A stretch of 42,412 bases of DNA from a virus (taxonomy: Duplodnaviria > Caudoviricetes), in IMG/VR virus record IMGVR_UViG_3300032227_000612, positions 1-42,412 of that record. One strand, 5' to 3'. The notes under the pieces were generated by a model. It ran no database searches. It was not told the origin of the DNA and saw only the letters and a program-made list of their open reading frames with translations. Made by a program: the position numbers and the translations under genes. Shown here piece after piece: positions 8,594-16,870 of the stretch; the stretch's first letter is position 1, and the number at the start of each line of letters is the position of its first letter.

Positions 8594-8640
8594 TCTAGTC
8601 ATAACCTGATTATTTTAAGATCTGTTGTGTTTTAAACTAA

Positions 8641-8862
8641 TTACTTAGTTCCTGGAAGTATTGAGTTACCAGATGTACTCTGAGTCAGGGTAGGCTTAGT
8701 CTTCTGAATCTTATTGATCGTATTAGTATTTAATTTACTAGCTTGGTTAGGGTTAACCGAGTTAAGCTGTGCAATTTGGTCATTATACTTAATAGGAGAA
8801 TTAGCAGGTCTGAAATTATCTCCTTTAATTGCTTTTCTGAATAAATCAATCAAAAAGTTCAT
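8641..8862 (-). CDS. Hypothetical protein (73 aa)
   Basis: Fills the intergenic gap; ATATTTAT at 8881-8888. Confidence 0.65.
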   Translation of the reverse strand: MNFLIDLFRKAIKGDNFRPANSPIKYNDQIAQLNSVNPNQASKLNTNTINKIQKTKPTLTQSTSGNSILPGTK

Positions 8863-8905
8863 AGTAGTCTATTTTCTTTAATAAATATAACGTTTTTGGG
8901 TTAAT

Positions 8906-10291
8906 TTATAATCCTAGCTCAAAAAATTTACCAGCTAAATAAGCCTTCTCATCTTTATCTAAACCTGAGTTAAAAGATTTGTTAGATCCTGATACAGGAG
9001 TAGAAGTTTCAAATGTTAATTCATCATCATCCATACTATCTGGGTTGATCTCTATATGCCCATTATTAGTACTGATCTTGGCTGCATAAGTCATACCATC
9101 CATACCATAACGATTTTTCATAATATGAATGCGACCCGTTCCATTTACTTTATCCTGTCTTTTTCTAGATAGAGACATGGCAAAGTCTGCAATCATCATT
9201 TTGTTATATGATCCTGCTGCTTTATCACCTTCAATTACATCATCTTTAGCACCAGCACGATTAACTTGAGATACAGTCCAGATAGGCACTTTAAGTTCTC
9301 TTGCCATACCTTTTGTAGCAGTATATACATCATCAATCGCATCTTTAGGATCTATTGACTTAGTTTTGCTTTTTAACAAGTCAACATAGTCAATAATAAC
9401 CAAGTCTGGAGGATAGCCTAGATCTCTACATTTCTGAATGTGTGATTCGATTGTATGTGTGGTAGCTTTTCCCATAGGAAACTCTTTAATGATAAGCTTA
9501 CCTTTAATCTTGCTAACTGTATCTTCAATAGTTTGCCTATTTTTTTGTACGCTTTGTACATCAATACCTGTAAATAATGCGTCATAACGTTTACCTACGT
9601 AGTACTCGGACAATTCTAATGTATAGTGACAAACAGTATATCCTCTCTTAACTGCTTCAGCTCCTATATTAACAAGCATCCATGACTTACCTCCACCAGG
9701 GTTACCAAATATAATACCTAGATCACCTACACCTAAACCACCCATTAGCAACTCGTTAATGTGAGGCCAGAATGTTGGCATTGGAGCCCTTTCCTCTTCA
9801 CGATATCTTGTTTCAATATCTTTTTCGTATTCGTGTCCTATAGATTTTTCTTGTCCAGCTTTCAAAGCCTGATCTATCATGTACTTAATATCGTCATACT
9901 GACCTTTTTCAAGTAGAGATACTGAATTTAAAATAGCTTTTTTGATCTGTTGATTTTTACAGAAGCTACTGAACTCTTGCTCTACATAATCTCTATCTTC
10001 ATTAGAACTCTTTAGCGCTTCTTTTAGTTGCTCTACTACACTAATCTTTAGTACTTCATTCTCAATCTTTCTTACTTCAACTTGTAGAGCATCAGTTGAT
10101 GGCGTTGTATTATACTTGTAGTAATATCTCAATATCTCACCAACAATCCATTTGTGTGCTGGATTATCAAACATCTCCGTATCAAGTATATCATGTATGT
10201 TTTGTAGAAATTCTTTATGCTTTAATAAACTTGATAATACCTTAATTTGAAAACTAATACCGTACTGCTGTAACTGATTTAATGACGACAT
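8906..10291 (-). CDS. DnaB/T4 gp41-like replicative helicase
   Basis: Walker A GNPGGGKS, YTLEL, IIDYVDLL, WTVSQVNR, KNRYG. Confidence 0.94.
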   Translation of the reverse strand: MSSLNQLQQYGISFQIKVLSSLLKHKEFLQNIHDILDTEMFDNPAHKWIVGEILRYYYKYNTTPSTDALQVEVRKIENEVLKISVVEQLKEALKSSNEDRDYVEQEFSSFCKNQQIKKAILNSVSLLEKGQYDDIKYMIDQALKAGQEKSIGHEYEKDIETRYREEERAPMPTFWPHINELLMGGLGVGDLGIIFGNPGGGKSWMLVNIGAEAVKRGYTVCHYTLELSEYYVGKRYDALFTGIDVQSVQKNRQTIEDTVSKIKGKLIIKEFPMGKATTHTIESHIQKCRDLGYPPDLVIIDYVDLLKSKTKSIDPKDAIDDVYTATKGMARELKVPIWTVSQVNRAGAKDDVIEGDKAAGSYNKMMIADFAMSLSRKRQDKVNGTGRIHIMKNRYGMDGMTYAAKISTNNGHIEINPDSMDDDELTFETSTPVSGSNKSFNSGLDKDEKAYLAGKFFELGL

Positions 10292-10294
10292 AAC

Positions 10295-11305
10295 TTATTT
10301 ATATTTTTGTAGATCGTGAAAATGATTAAACAACCATGATTGAACATTAGGTATTGAATTCCCTAATTGATCTTCATGATACAAATTTAAGAATTCCTGT
10401 GAATCATATATCTTTTTTGGATCTAGTAAAACACTATTTATTTCTTCTATTGCTTCTTCAGGAATATTAGGATCTTTTAAGTCCATCAACTTTTTATTTA
10501 TTCTAAGTTGAAATTCATAGTTCTTAATTGATTCTAGTATTTTATGCTTACCTTCACACTTTTGAAGTATATCATCTAAAGTGACTTGTTTATTAGATCC
10601 TAATTCAGGAAAATGTTTTAACATAGTTTTAGATCCTAGACCTTTTACTCCAGGAACATTGTCTCCTGAATCACCTAGTAATATCTTTTGAGTTAAAAAG
10701 TTTTTAGGTGTAACTCCAAACTCTGTTAAAACAAGATCTTGATCATAGAATCTTTTTTTTGTAGGAGAATAGATTGTTATTTTATCTGATACTAACTGTA
10801 GATAGTCTTTATCACTAGACATAATAGTTATCTCATTATCTAATTGGCCTGTTATATACCCTATAACATCATCTGCTTCAATCTTATCAATTGATATAAG
10901 ATCAACAGGAAGTGTTTTTAAATAGTATATTAGTCTAACAATCTGATGTGTGATAGCTTCTGATTCGTCTTGTTGTGAATCAAAAGAATCCCAATTAGTA
11001 ACTCTATTAAGACCTCTATTTGCTTTGTATTCTGGGTAGATATATCTTTTGTTTGTAGATGATCCTTGGCCATCAAATACAACAATCACTCTAGTCGGTC
11101 TAACCAATTTAATTACATACCCTAAAGAACGTAAAAAACCGGTTAAACCTCCTATATGAGATAGATCTTTATTAACCCAACCAATTGCAGTAAATGCTCT
11201 TAGAAAAGTATTTAATCCATCGATAAGTAGAACTCTACTATTAAGTGATTCTTCGGCTTTCTCTGATTTGAGAGAGTCGAATATTTTTTGATATTCTTTA
11301 TTCAT
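10295..11305 (-). CDS. 5'-3' exonuclease / flap endonuclease (T4 RNase H-like)
   Basis: LLIDGLN, VVFDG, YKANR, EADDVIG, SSDKDYLQL, GDSGDNVPGVKGLG.KT. Confidence 0.95.
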   Translation of the reverse strand: MNKEYQKIFDSLKSEKAEESLNSRVLLIDGLNTFLRAFTAIGWVNKDLSHIGGLTGFLRSLGYVIKLVRPTRVIVVFDGQGSSTNKRYIYPEYKANRGLNRVTNWDSFDSQQDESEAITHQIVRLIYYLKTLPVDLISIDKIEADDVIGYITGQLDNEITIMSSDKDYLQLVSDKITIYSPTKKRFYDQDLVLTEFGVTPKNFLTQKILLGDSGDNVPGVKGLGSKTMLKHFPELGSNKQVTLDDILQKCEGKHKILESIKNYEFQLRINKKLMDLKDPNIPEEAIEEINSVLLDPKKIYDSQEFLNLYHEDQLGNSIPNVQSWLFNHFHDLQKYK

Positions 11306-12366
11306 TAATCTTCTGTGTCAAAAATGTCAGGAGATAGTGCTGTTTCTTCTTCTACAATATCGAATGTACTTGATCCTAGAACTTTTGTCCATTGATCAGA
11401 ATACTTTTTCTTGTACTCATCAAGTTGCTTTTTATCATCCTTGATAAATCCATGAACTGTCATGATAACTTTATTAACGGCTGTTACTCCAGTAACGTGA
11501 TTTTTATCACAACTAATTCTAGTCCTCTTAGCAAATTCTACTTCCTTACCATTCTTAGTAGCTTTGATTTTATTTGTTCCGGCTCTAGCAATATTACCGA
11601 ATGTAACTATTAGTGAAGAATCAAAATACATTGTATTACCACCTTTGTTATTAAGTGTAGGTTGGCCCATTGGTGAATCAGGCTTTGCTACCCAAACTTT
11701 ATTAATTGCTACAAGTGTATTTGTATAAGGTTGTGATGCTTTACGAGACAATACAACTCTTTGATTAATAAAATTACCAAATTGTTGAGACATTGCTCCT
11801 GCATTCCACTCGTTATTGTTTGTTGATTTTTCAATGCTCATTCTACAAGGAATAGATCCTACAGAATCCCAAAAGAAACAAATGTCATGAGGTAGAGTTC
11901 CTCTTTTTTGCTCATCAAGAATATCTGCAATAAACGCTGATACATCTTCAATTGACTCTAGCTTCTCGCGATCAATATATAAGAAGAAACCTTTATAATC
12001 AATAACTTCGCCTGTATTTGGATCTGCTACTTCTTCATATTCGAATCCCATTTCTTTAGCGTGACTCCAATCCCACTTCATCTCTGTAATAATGAATATA
12101 GGAAGGATGCCCATCTTTTGTGCACTAACTGCTGCTTCAAGAAGTGCTGTAGTTTTACCTGTATCTGAGTGTCCTCTTAAAAGAGTAATATGACCAACTG
12201 GAATACCTGGAATTTGTAATGTTTCTTGAAATGCTTGAGAAAGTGGAATCCATCTTTGCTCTTTGAATACTACACTAGTTGAAAGATTTTTACCTTTCTT
12301 AAATTTCTCTAAACTTGAAATGTCTTTGATTGCGCTAGACACAGCGCCTGTAACTGATTTTGCCAT
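11305..12366 (-). CDS. RecA/UvsX-like recombinase
   Basis: GIPVGHIT, Walker A GHSDTGKT, Walker B FFWDSV, KGG...YFDSS. Confidence 0.9.
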   Translation of the reverse strand: MAKSVTGAVSSAIKDISSLEKFKKGKNLSTSVVFKEQRWIPLSQAFQETLQIPGIPVGHITLLRGHSDTGKTTALLEAAVSAQKMGILPIFIITEMKWDWSHAKEMGFEYEEVADPNTGEVIDYKGFFLYIDREKLESIEDVSAFIADILDEQKRGTLPHDICFFWDSVGSIPCRMSIEKSTNNNEWNAGAMSQQFGNFINQRVVLSRKASQPYTNTLVAINKVWVAKPDSPMGQPTLNNKGGNTMYFDSSLIVTFGNIARAGTNKIKATKNGKEVEFAKRTRISCDKNHVTGVTAVNKVIMTVHGFIKDDKKQLDEYKKKYSDQWTKVLGSSTFDIVEEETALSPDIFDTED

Positions 12367-12381
12367 ACAAAACTTTTAGTT

Positions 12382-12406
12382 AAAAAACCCCAACTGAAGT
12401 TGGGGA
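12382..12406 (-). terminator. Intrinsic terminator after SSB gene
   Basis: Minus strand CCCCAAC-TTCA-GTTGGGG followed by T6. Confidence 0.85.
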
Positions 12407-12411
12407 TTTGA

Positions 12412-13218
12412 TTAGATATCAAAAAGATCATCAATTGCCGAATCTACACTTGGCTTAGTCGTATTTAATGTATACTGACCTTGCGCTGGCTTTTCCCATG
12501 GAAGATCACCTTGCGGTTTAGCTTCTACGGCATCAGCTTGTTCTTTCAATTCTTCTTCTGGATTAAGATGTTTAAGAAGTGCTTCTTTCATCTCATCATA
12601 AGAATATCTTTTGAACTGACCTAAAGGATCTGGTTGTGTTTCAAGCCAAAGTTTTACTTTGTCTGCATCATCAGAAAGTGGAGTAGATTTTGTTCTAACT
12701 CTAACAGTAGATGTATTATACATCAAACCTGTTGTTTCTTTACCAGCAGTTTCAACTGTAATGTCACGACCAGTAATTGGATCAGAATAATCTCCTACAT
12801 CCTCATCTTCTGCAATAGAAAGCAAATCCATATAGACTTGTTTACCAAATTCCCAAAGACGAACACCTTTGTCTTCTTCACCACGAACAATCACAGGAGC
12901 AAATACACGCATTTTTGGTTCAAGTTTTTTAGCTAGTTGCCAATTGTCACGTTCACTTGACTTGCGAAGTCCTTGAGCAAATTCAACGATAGGATCTTTT
13001 TCATTAAAGTTAGTCAAACTAATCATGGTACGATTGTTAATACCATAATGCATGTAGACTTCTTTAAACGGATTTTGTTTGTTAAACACAGAAGGTACGA
13101 TACGTACTGAATGTTTACCCACGGTAGGCCTCCAAATAGTTTGGCTCAGGTCCTTCTTTTGTCCTCCACGTGGATTTTGTAGAGCCGACAATCTTGATTT
13201 GATAACTGATATATCCAT
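12412..13218 (-). CDS. T4 gp32-like single-stranded DNA-binding protein
   Basis: WRP..G...VRIVP, HYG, DPI.E, VRLWEFGK, D.DP..GRDITV, acidic C-tail IDDLFDI; next to recombinase and helicase. Confidence 0.85.
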   Translation of the reverse strand: MDISVIKSRLSALQNPRGGQKKDLSQTIWRPTVGKHSVRIVPSVFNKQNPFKEVYMHYGINNRTMISLTNFNEKDPIVEFAQGLRKSSERDNWQLAKKLEPKMRVFAPVIVRGEEDKGVRLWEFGKQVYMDLLSIAEDEDVGDYSDPITGRDITVETAGKETTGLMYNTSTVRVRTKSTPLSDDADKVKLWLETQPDPLGQFKRYSYDEMKEALLKHLNPEEELKEQADAVEAKPQGDLPWEKPAQGQYTLNTTKPSVDSAIDDLFDI

Positions 13219-13286
13219 AATATAACTAATTTCGATAAAAATAAGACAAGAATGCTAGATAGAAAAATTAATCTATTAAGTGAGAT

Positions 13287-13310
13287 AAAAAAACCGGCAT
13301 TTAGCCGGCT
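13287..13310 (-). terminator. Intrinsic terminator
   Basis: Minus strand CCGGC-TAAAT-GCCGG followed by T7. Confidence 0.8.
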
Positions 13311-13319
13311 TTACTTATT

Positions 13320-13925
13320 TTATAATTGTCCTTTTATTTTAGAAACTATTTGTGCAATTTCTGTTGCTTTAATACCACCTAAACTACCTTCAATAGCTTT
13401 TATAATAGCGGATGATGATCCTAAAACACTTCCTATTGCCTGTCCTGCTGCCACTGCTAAAAGAGCAGCATATATGTATTTAGATACTACTAATAATTTT
13501 TGTTCATCTACCTTGCCATCAGAAGTCATCCATACTTGTTTAACAAATTTTGTTTTTTTAACTACAAATATAATACTTTTTATGTATAGTTTTTCCCATC
13601 TGTGAGCAAAGTGTTGTATTTTTTTAGCAAGAACACTTTCATCTTTTTCTTTTGAAAAAGCTTTTGAAACAAATCCAATAGCTTTTCCTATCCACTCTAT
13701 TATTTTAGGAGCTGCTAATAGTCCACTTCCTATTAATGCAATAACACTTTCATTAAGATTAGTAGGTTGATTTTCATCTTCAATTTCATCTAAAGACGAT
13801 GTATCTTTAAGAGAAGATAATCCAGCAGCCATTGCTTTTTCTATTTCTGGATCATTTACATTCTCATTTTCTAAAATGATACCCGCTAATTGTTGAAATC
13901 TTTTAACTTCATTAATTTGTTCCAT
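13320..13925 (-). CDS. Hypothetical protein with NEVKRFQQLAGII leader and hydrophobic helices
   Basis: Start moved to ATG at 13925 (MEQINEVKRFQQLAGII), 1 nt after the upstream stop; N-terminus paralogous to the neighbouring gene. Confidence 0.8.
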   Translation of the reverse strand: MEQINEVKRFQQLAGIILENENVNDPEIEKAMAAGLSSLKDTSSLDEIEDENQPTNLNESVIALIGSGLLAAPKIIEWIGKAIGFVSKAFSKEKDESVLAKKIQHFAHRWEKLYIKSIIFVVKKTKFVKQVWMTSDGKVDEQKLLVVSKYIYAALLAVAAGQAIGSVLGSSSAIIKAIEGSLGGIKATEIAQIVSKIKGQL

Positions 13926-13926
13926 A

Positions 13927-14385
13927 TTAATAAAATGCTGCGTTTGAAAATTTCCAATGTAATGATCCATCTTGAGCAGAAACTGAAAACTCATTAGCAT
14001 GGGATTTAATATAGTCATCTGCATATCTTGATAAAACTCTACTGAATTCCTCAGCAGACATATCACTACTAGGAGCTATTGCTAGTTTTTTAGTTTTTTG
14101 ATTTATTTCTGATCCAAGATCTGATTTTTCTTCGTCACTCATTTTTTCAAGTGATTTACTAAGAATATTTTCATAATATTCTATTTGAGCTTTTCTATCA
14201 GTTTCGGCTTCTTTGTCCATTTGGTACACTTTCATTCCACCTCCAATAGTACCTAATGTTATTAATCCAGCTAAAAGCCACTCTTTAAATCCCTCATCAA
14301 TCATTTCTTCTTGATTTAATTGAGATTCAGTAATAATACCAGCTAAAAGCTGCATTCTTTTAATTTCGTTCAATTGCTGTTTCAT
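13927..14385 (-). CDS. Hypothetical protein with NEIKRMQLLAGII leader and one hydrophobic helix
   Basis: MKQQLNEIKRMQLLAGIITE...IDEGFKEWLLAGLITLGTIGGG; ATATTTAT 4 nt upstream. Confidence 0.8.
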   Translation of the reverse strand: MKQQLNEIKRMQLLAGIITESQLNQEEMIDEGFKEWLLAGLITLGTIGGGMKVYQMDKEAETDRKAQIEYYENILSKSLEKMSDEEKSDLGSEINQKTKKLAIAPSSDMSAEEFSRVLSRYADDYIKSHANEFSVSAQDGSLHWKFSNAAFY

Positions 14386-14396
14386 GATAATAAATA

Positions 14397-14825
14397 TTAG
14401 ATGGCAACTATCTTATGGATAGTAGTATTCAATCTTTTCAGGTCTTCTCCTTGGGTTAACAAGATTGAGTTCTTGTAGTCAGGCCAGTTAATAGGAAAAG
14501 TAGAATCTAGAACACCATTATTTAAAGTCTTGATCAAAGTATTCAAGGCATTTATAGTGTATAAAGTATTAGACTCTTTTTTTCTGTGGAGTAAGATTGT
14601 ATTAGGTAAAATTCTAGTCTGGCCTCCTTCTATCTCAATATTATAAGTACACATGTACTCTTCTGAGTCCGGGGAAGCTAAGACAAAGATTTTTTTATAT
14701 AGGATTGTGTACTCTCTATTTATGTCCCTTAAAGTGTCTTCTAAAGACTCCTTTGGAGAGAAAGTACAAAAAAGTTTATTCATAATTGATTCCGATGTTA
14801 TTTCCAAAAATTCCTCATTTCTCAT
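14397..14825 (-). CDS. Hypothetical phage protein
   Basis: Globular-looking 142 aa (KLFCTF, CTYNI, HRKKESNTLYTINALN); GTTATG start; ATATTTAT at 14844-14851. Confidence 0.8.
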   Translation of the reverse strand: MRNEEFLEITSESIMNKLFCTFSPKESLEDTLRDINREYTILYKKIFVLASPDSEEYMCTYNIEIEGGQTRILPNTILLHRKKESNTLYTINALNTLIKTLNNGVLDSTFPINWPDYKNSILLTQGEDLKRLNTTIHKIVAI

Positions 14826-14861
14826 AACCTTAATTTACTGTTAATAAATATTGATAATATA

Positions 14862-16157
14862 TTAGAAAGCATAGTTTACTCCATACTTATGTTTGACTAC
14901 CATATTGTTACTTTCTAGGATCTGTTTAATCTTTTTGAGTAATGTTTTACCATCTTCTTGACAAAAGTCAAACAAGAAAGAATCGTAGGTAATTAATATT
15001 AATTTTGTCTTCTTTTTACTAAGAAGTTTGTTTACCTCTAATATCTTGTATATATTTTCTTTTGTCTCCAGATTCTGGACAATATAGTTAAATAATTTTA
15101 ATTTATTCATTCCTGATAGCTTCTTTAATATTCTGCCTGTAGGCAAAATTAAAGCTTTGTGTGCATTGTACTTTTTCCACTCTTGTTCTATGAATTGATC
15201 TAATGCCTTAAAGAACTCTATATGTTGATATTGTTGTTCTATACCGCCATAAAGCTGCTTGAATGTAATGGCCTTTGATTCTTTATACTGTCCATCTGTG
15301 AGCTCGGTGGTATTGAAATACGCGCGTCCTAGGTAGTTATGCATGGACTCTTTAGGAGGCTCGAATCCTATAAGGCCAGATATTAATCTTAAATGATATG
15401 CATCAAAGTCAAACTCTACCAAATAGTCATTTTTAGGCACAAAACATTCTCTAAAGTCTTTATCTTTAGGTATGGCTAAAAAGTTAACACTATTGAAAGA
15501 GTTAGTAGGTCTAGCAGTTAAATTATAAAGATTATAATATGAATAAATTGTGTCTCCTAAAAGTGAATACTCTTTATGTTGGAATTGATATTTTTTATTC
15601 AAACAACTAAGATCAACTTTTATTCCTGCTTGTTCAACTGTTTTATATGCACCTACTAATTTGTCTTGAAGTTCAATATCCATTTCAAGTTCAAAGTAGT
15701 CTTTTACCATTTGGTATAAACATTCGCACCTTTCATAATGCTTAGAAATAGGAATGATTTCGTTTATAGTAGGTAAAATAGGATGCTTTATATAAAAGTC
15801 CCTATGGACTGGTGTATTACACTCAAAAGAACTATATTCATTATTTTTATCTAAACAGATAAATTGTACATCAATAGAATTAGGTAGATCTAAAAAATAA
15901 GAATGCATTTTCTTATCAAGAAGATAAATTTTATTGTGTTTCTTTAAGAACTCCTCAACTAATTTAAGATCTAAACTAAATCCTTCACAGTGATTAATTA
16001 CAAAGATATATCCTTTACTAGAATTATTATAATAAATTAAACTTACTCTAGCTAACTTTGGATGGTAATAATCATTTGAAGTAACTACTTGAATAAATGC
16101 CTGATCAGGCATTTCTAAACGACTCAACTGTTCTTTATCTTCAATAATGAAATACAT
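14862..16157 (-). CDS. Compact divergent family A polymerase-like protein
   Basis: TARPTN...VNFLAIP (motif 2), DFDAYHLR (motif A), K-x7-YG KAITFKQLYG (motif B), PTGR, NYIVQ (motif 6), ITYDSFLFD (motif C); only 431 aa, no intact exonuclease motifs seen. Confidence 0.85.
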   Translation of the reverse strand: MYFIIEDKEQLSRLEMPDQAFIQVVTSNDYYHPKLARVSLIYYNNSSKGYIFVINHCEGFSLDLKLVEEFLKKHNKIYLLDKKMHSYFLDLPNSIDVQFICLDKNNEYSSFECNTPVHRDFYIKHPILPTINEIIPISKHYERCECLYQMVKDYFELEMDIELQDKLVGAYKTVEQAGIKVDLSCLNKKYQFQHKEYSLLGDTIYSYYNLYNLTARPTNSFNSVNFLAIPKDKDFRECFVPKNDYLVEFDFDAYHLRLISGLIGFEPPKESMHNYLGRAYFNTTELTDGQYKESKAITFKQLYGGIEQQYQHIEFFKALDQFIEQEWKKYNAHKALILPTGRILKKLSGMNKLKLFNYIVQNLETKENIYKILEVNKLLSKKKTKLILITYDSFLFDFCQEDGKTLLKKIKQILESNNMVVKHKYGVNYAF

Positions 16158-16211
16158 AACCTGTTATTAACTACTAATATATAAAAACTATTTGTATATA
16201 GAATAGTTTAT

Positions 16212-16853
16212 TTATATAGTAGGTCTAGCAAATTTTATATAGTCACCTCCAATAAATTCTACTATGCCTAAAAAGTTTTTATTTGATGCTTCAGTAAGGC
16301 GCCTATTTGTTTCAATAATACCTGGAATTATATTATATTGTGACTGTCTTGTATTATTTAAAGGTCCTGTTAATTTCCAGAGTATAGTCGTTACTTGATA
16401 TAATCTAATATCATAGTCTGTATCTCCATTTACTATATCATTATATTCTTCTCTAGATATTTCAATTATATAACCTTTTTCATTTTCTTTTTTTGTAAAA
16501 TATCTAGTAATATAACCTCTAGTATAATCTTCTTCTGTTGGAAATGGCTGATAAGAATTTGGTTTCCCAGGTATTCTACTTAATCCTAAATATGCTGTAT
16601 TAGTTTTAGAAACAAATTGTTGTATTAAATTTGTATTTTCAGCAGGTATTTTAGATAGAGCTACTGATCTATTATAATCTTTTATAGGTATTAATCTTTG
16701 ACTAGGACCTGTTTCAGGATCAGGACCGGAATAAAATTCTCCATCTATTGTTTGATAATATTTTCCTGAGTATTGTAATCCATTTAAAGTAAATTCTGAG
16801 CCTGCTGTATTTAAATTTTTAATAACACTAAAAGATGGATAATATCTTAACAT
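16212..16853 (-). CDS. Hypothetical protein, last gene of baseplate cluster
   Basis: 213 aa ORF (YSGKYY, PTEEDYTRGYITRYF) co-oriented behind the hub-like gene. Confidence 0.75.
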   Translation of the reverse strand: MLRYYPSFSVIKNLNTAGSEFTLNGLQYSGKYYQTIDGEFYSGPDPETGPSQRLIPIKDYNRSVALSKIPAENTNLIQQFVSKTNTAYLGLSRIPGKPNSYQPFPTEEDYTRGYITRYFTKKENEKGYIIEISREEYNDIVNGDTDYDIRLYQVTTILWKLTGPLNNTRQSQYNIIPGIIETNRRLTEASNKNFLGIVEFIGGDYIKFARPTI

Positions 16854-16870
16854 TGTCTATTATTTTACAA

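Noticed and set aside
8529-8640. Cobalamin riboswitch or NrdR box upstream of nrdJ
   Set aside because: The gap is too short, no B12-box is visible, and resemblance to an NrdR box is weak.
13926-14066. N-terminal extension of the 248-aa ORF
   Set aside because: It overlaps the upstream gene; the ATG at 13925 gives a leader paralogous to the neighbour.
14862-16157. PolA-like gene as a pseudogene or one half of a split polymerase
   Set aside because: The ORF is uninterrupted with all palm and finger motifs in order, and the other polA is complete by itself.
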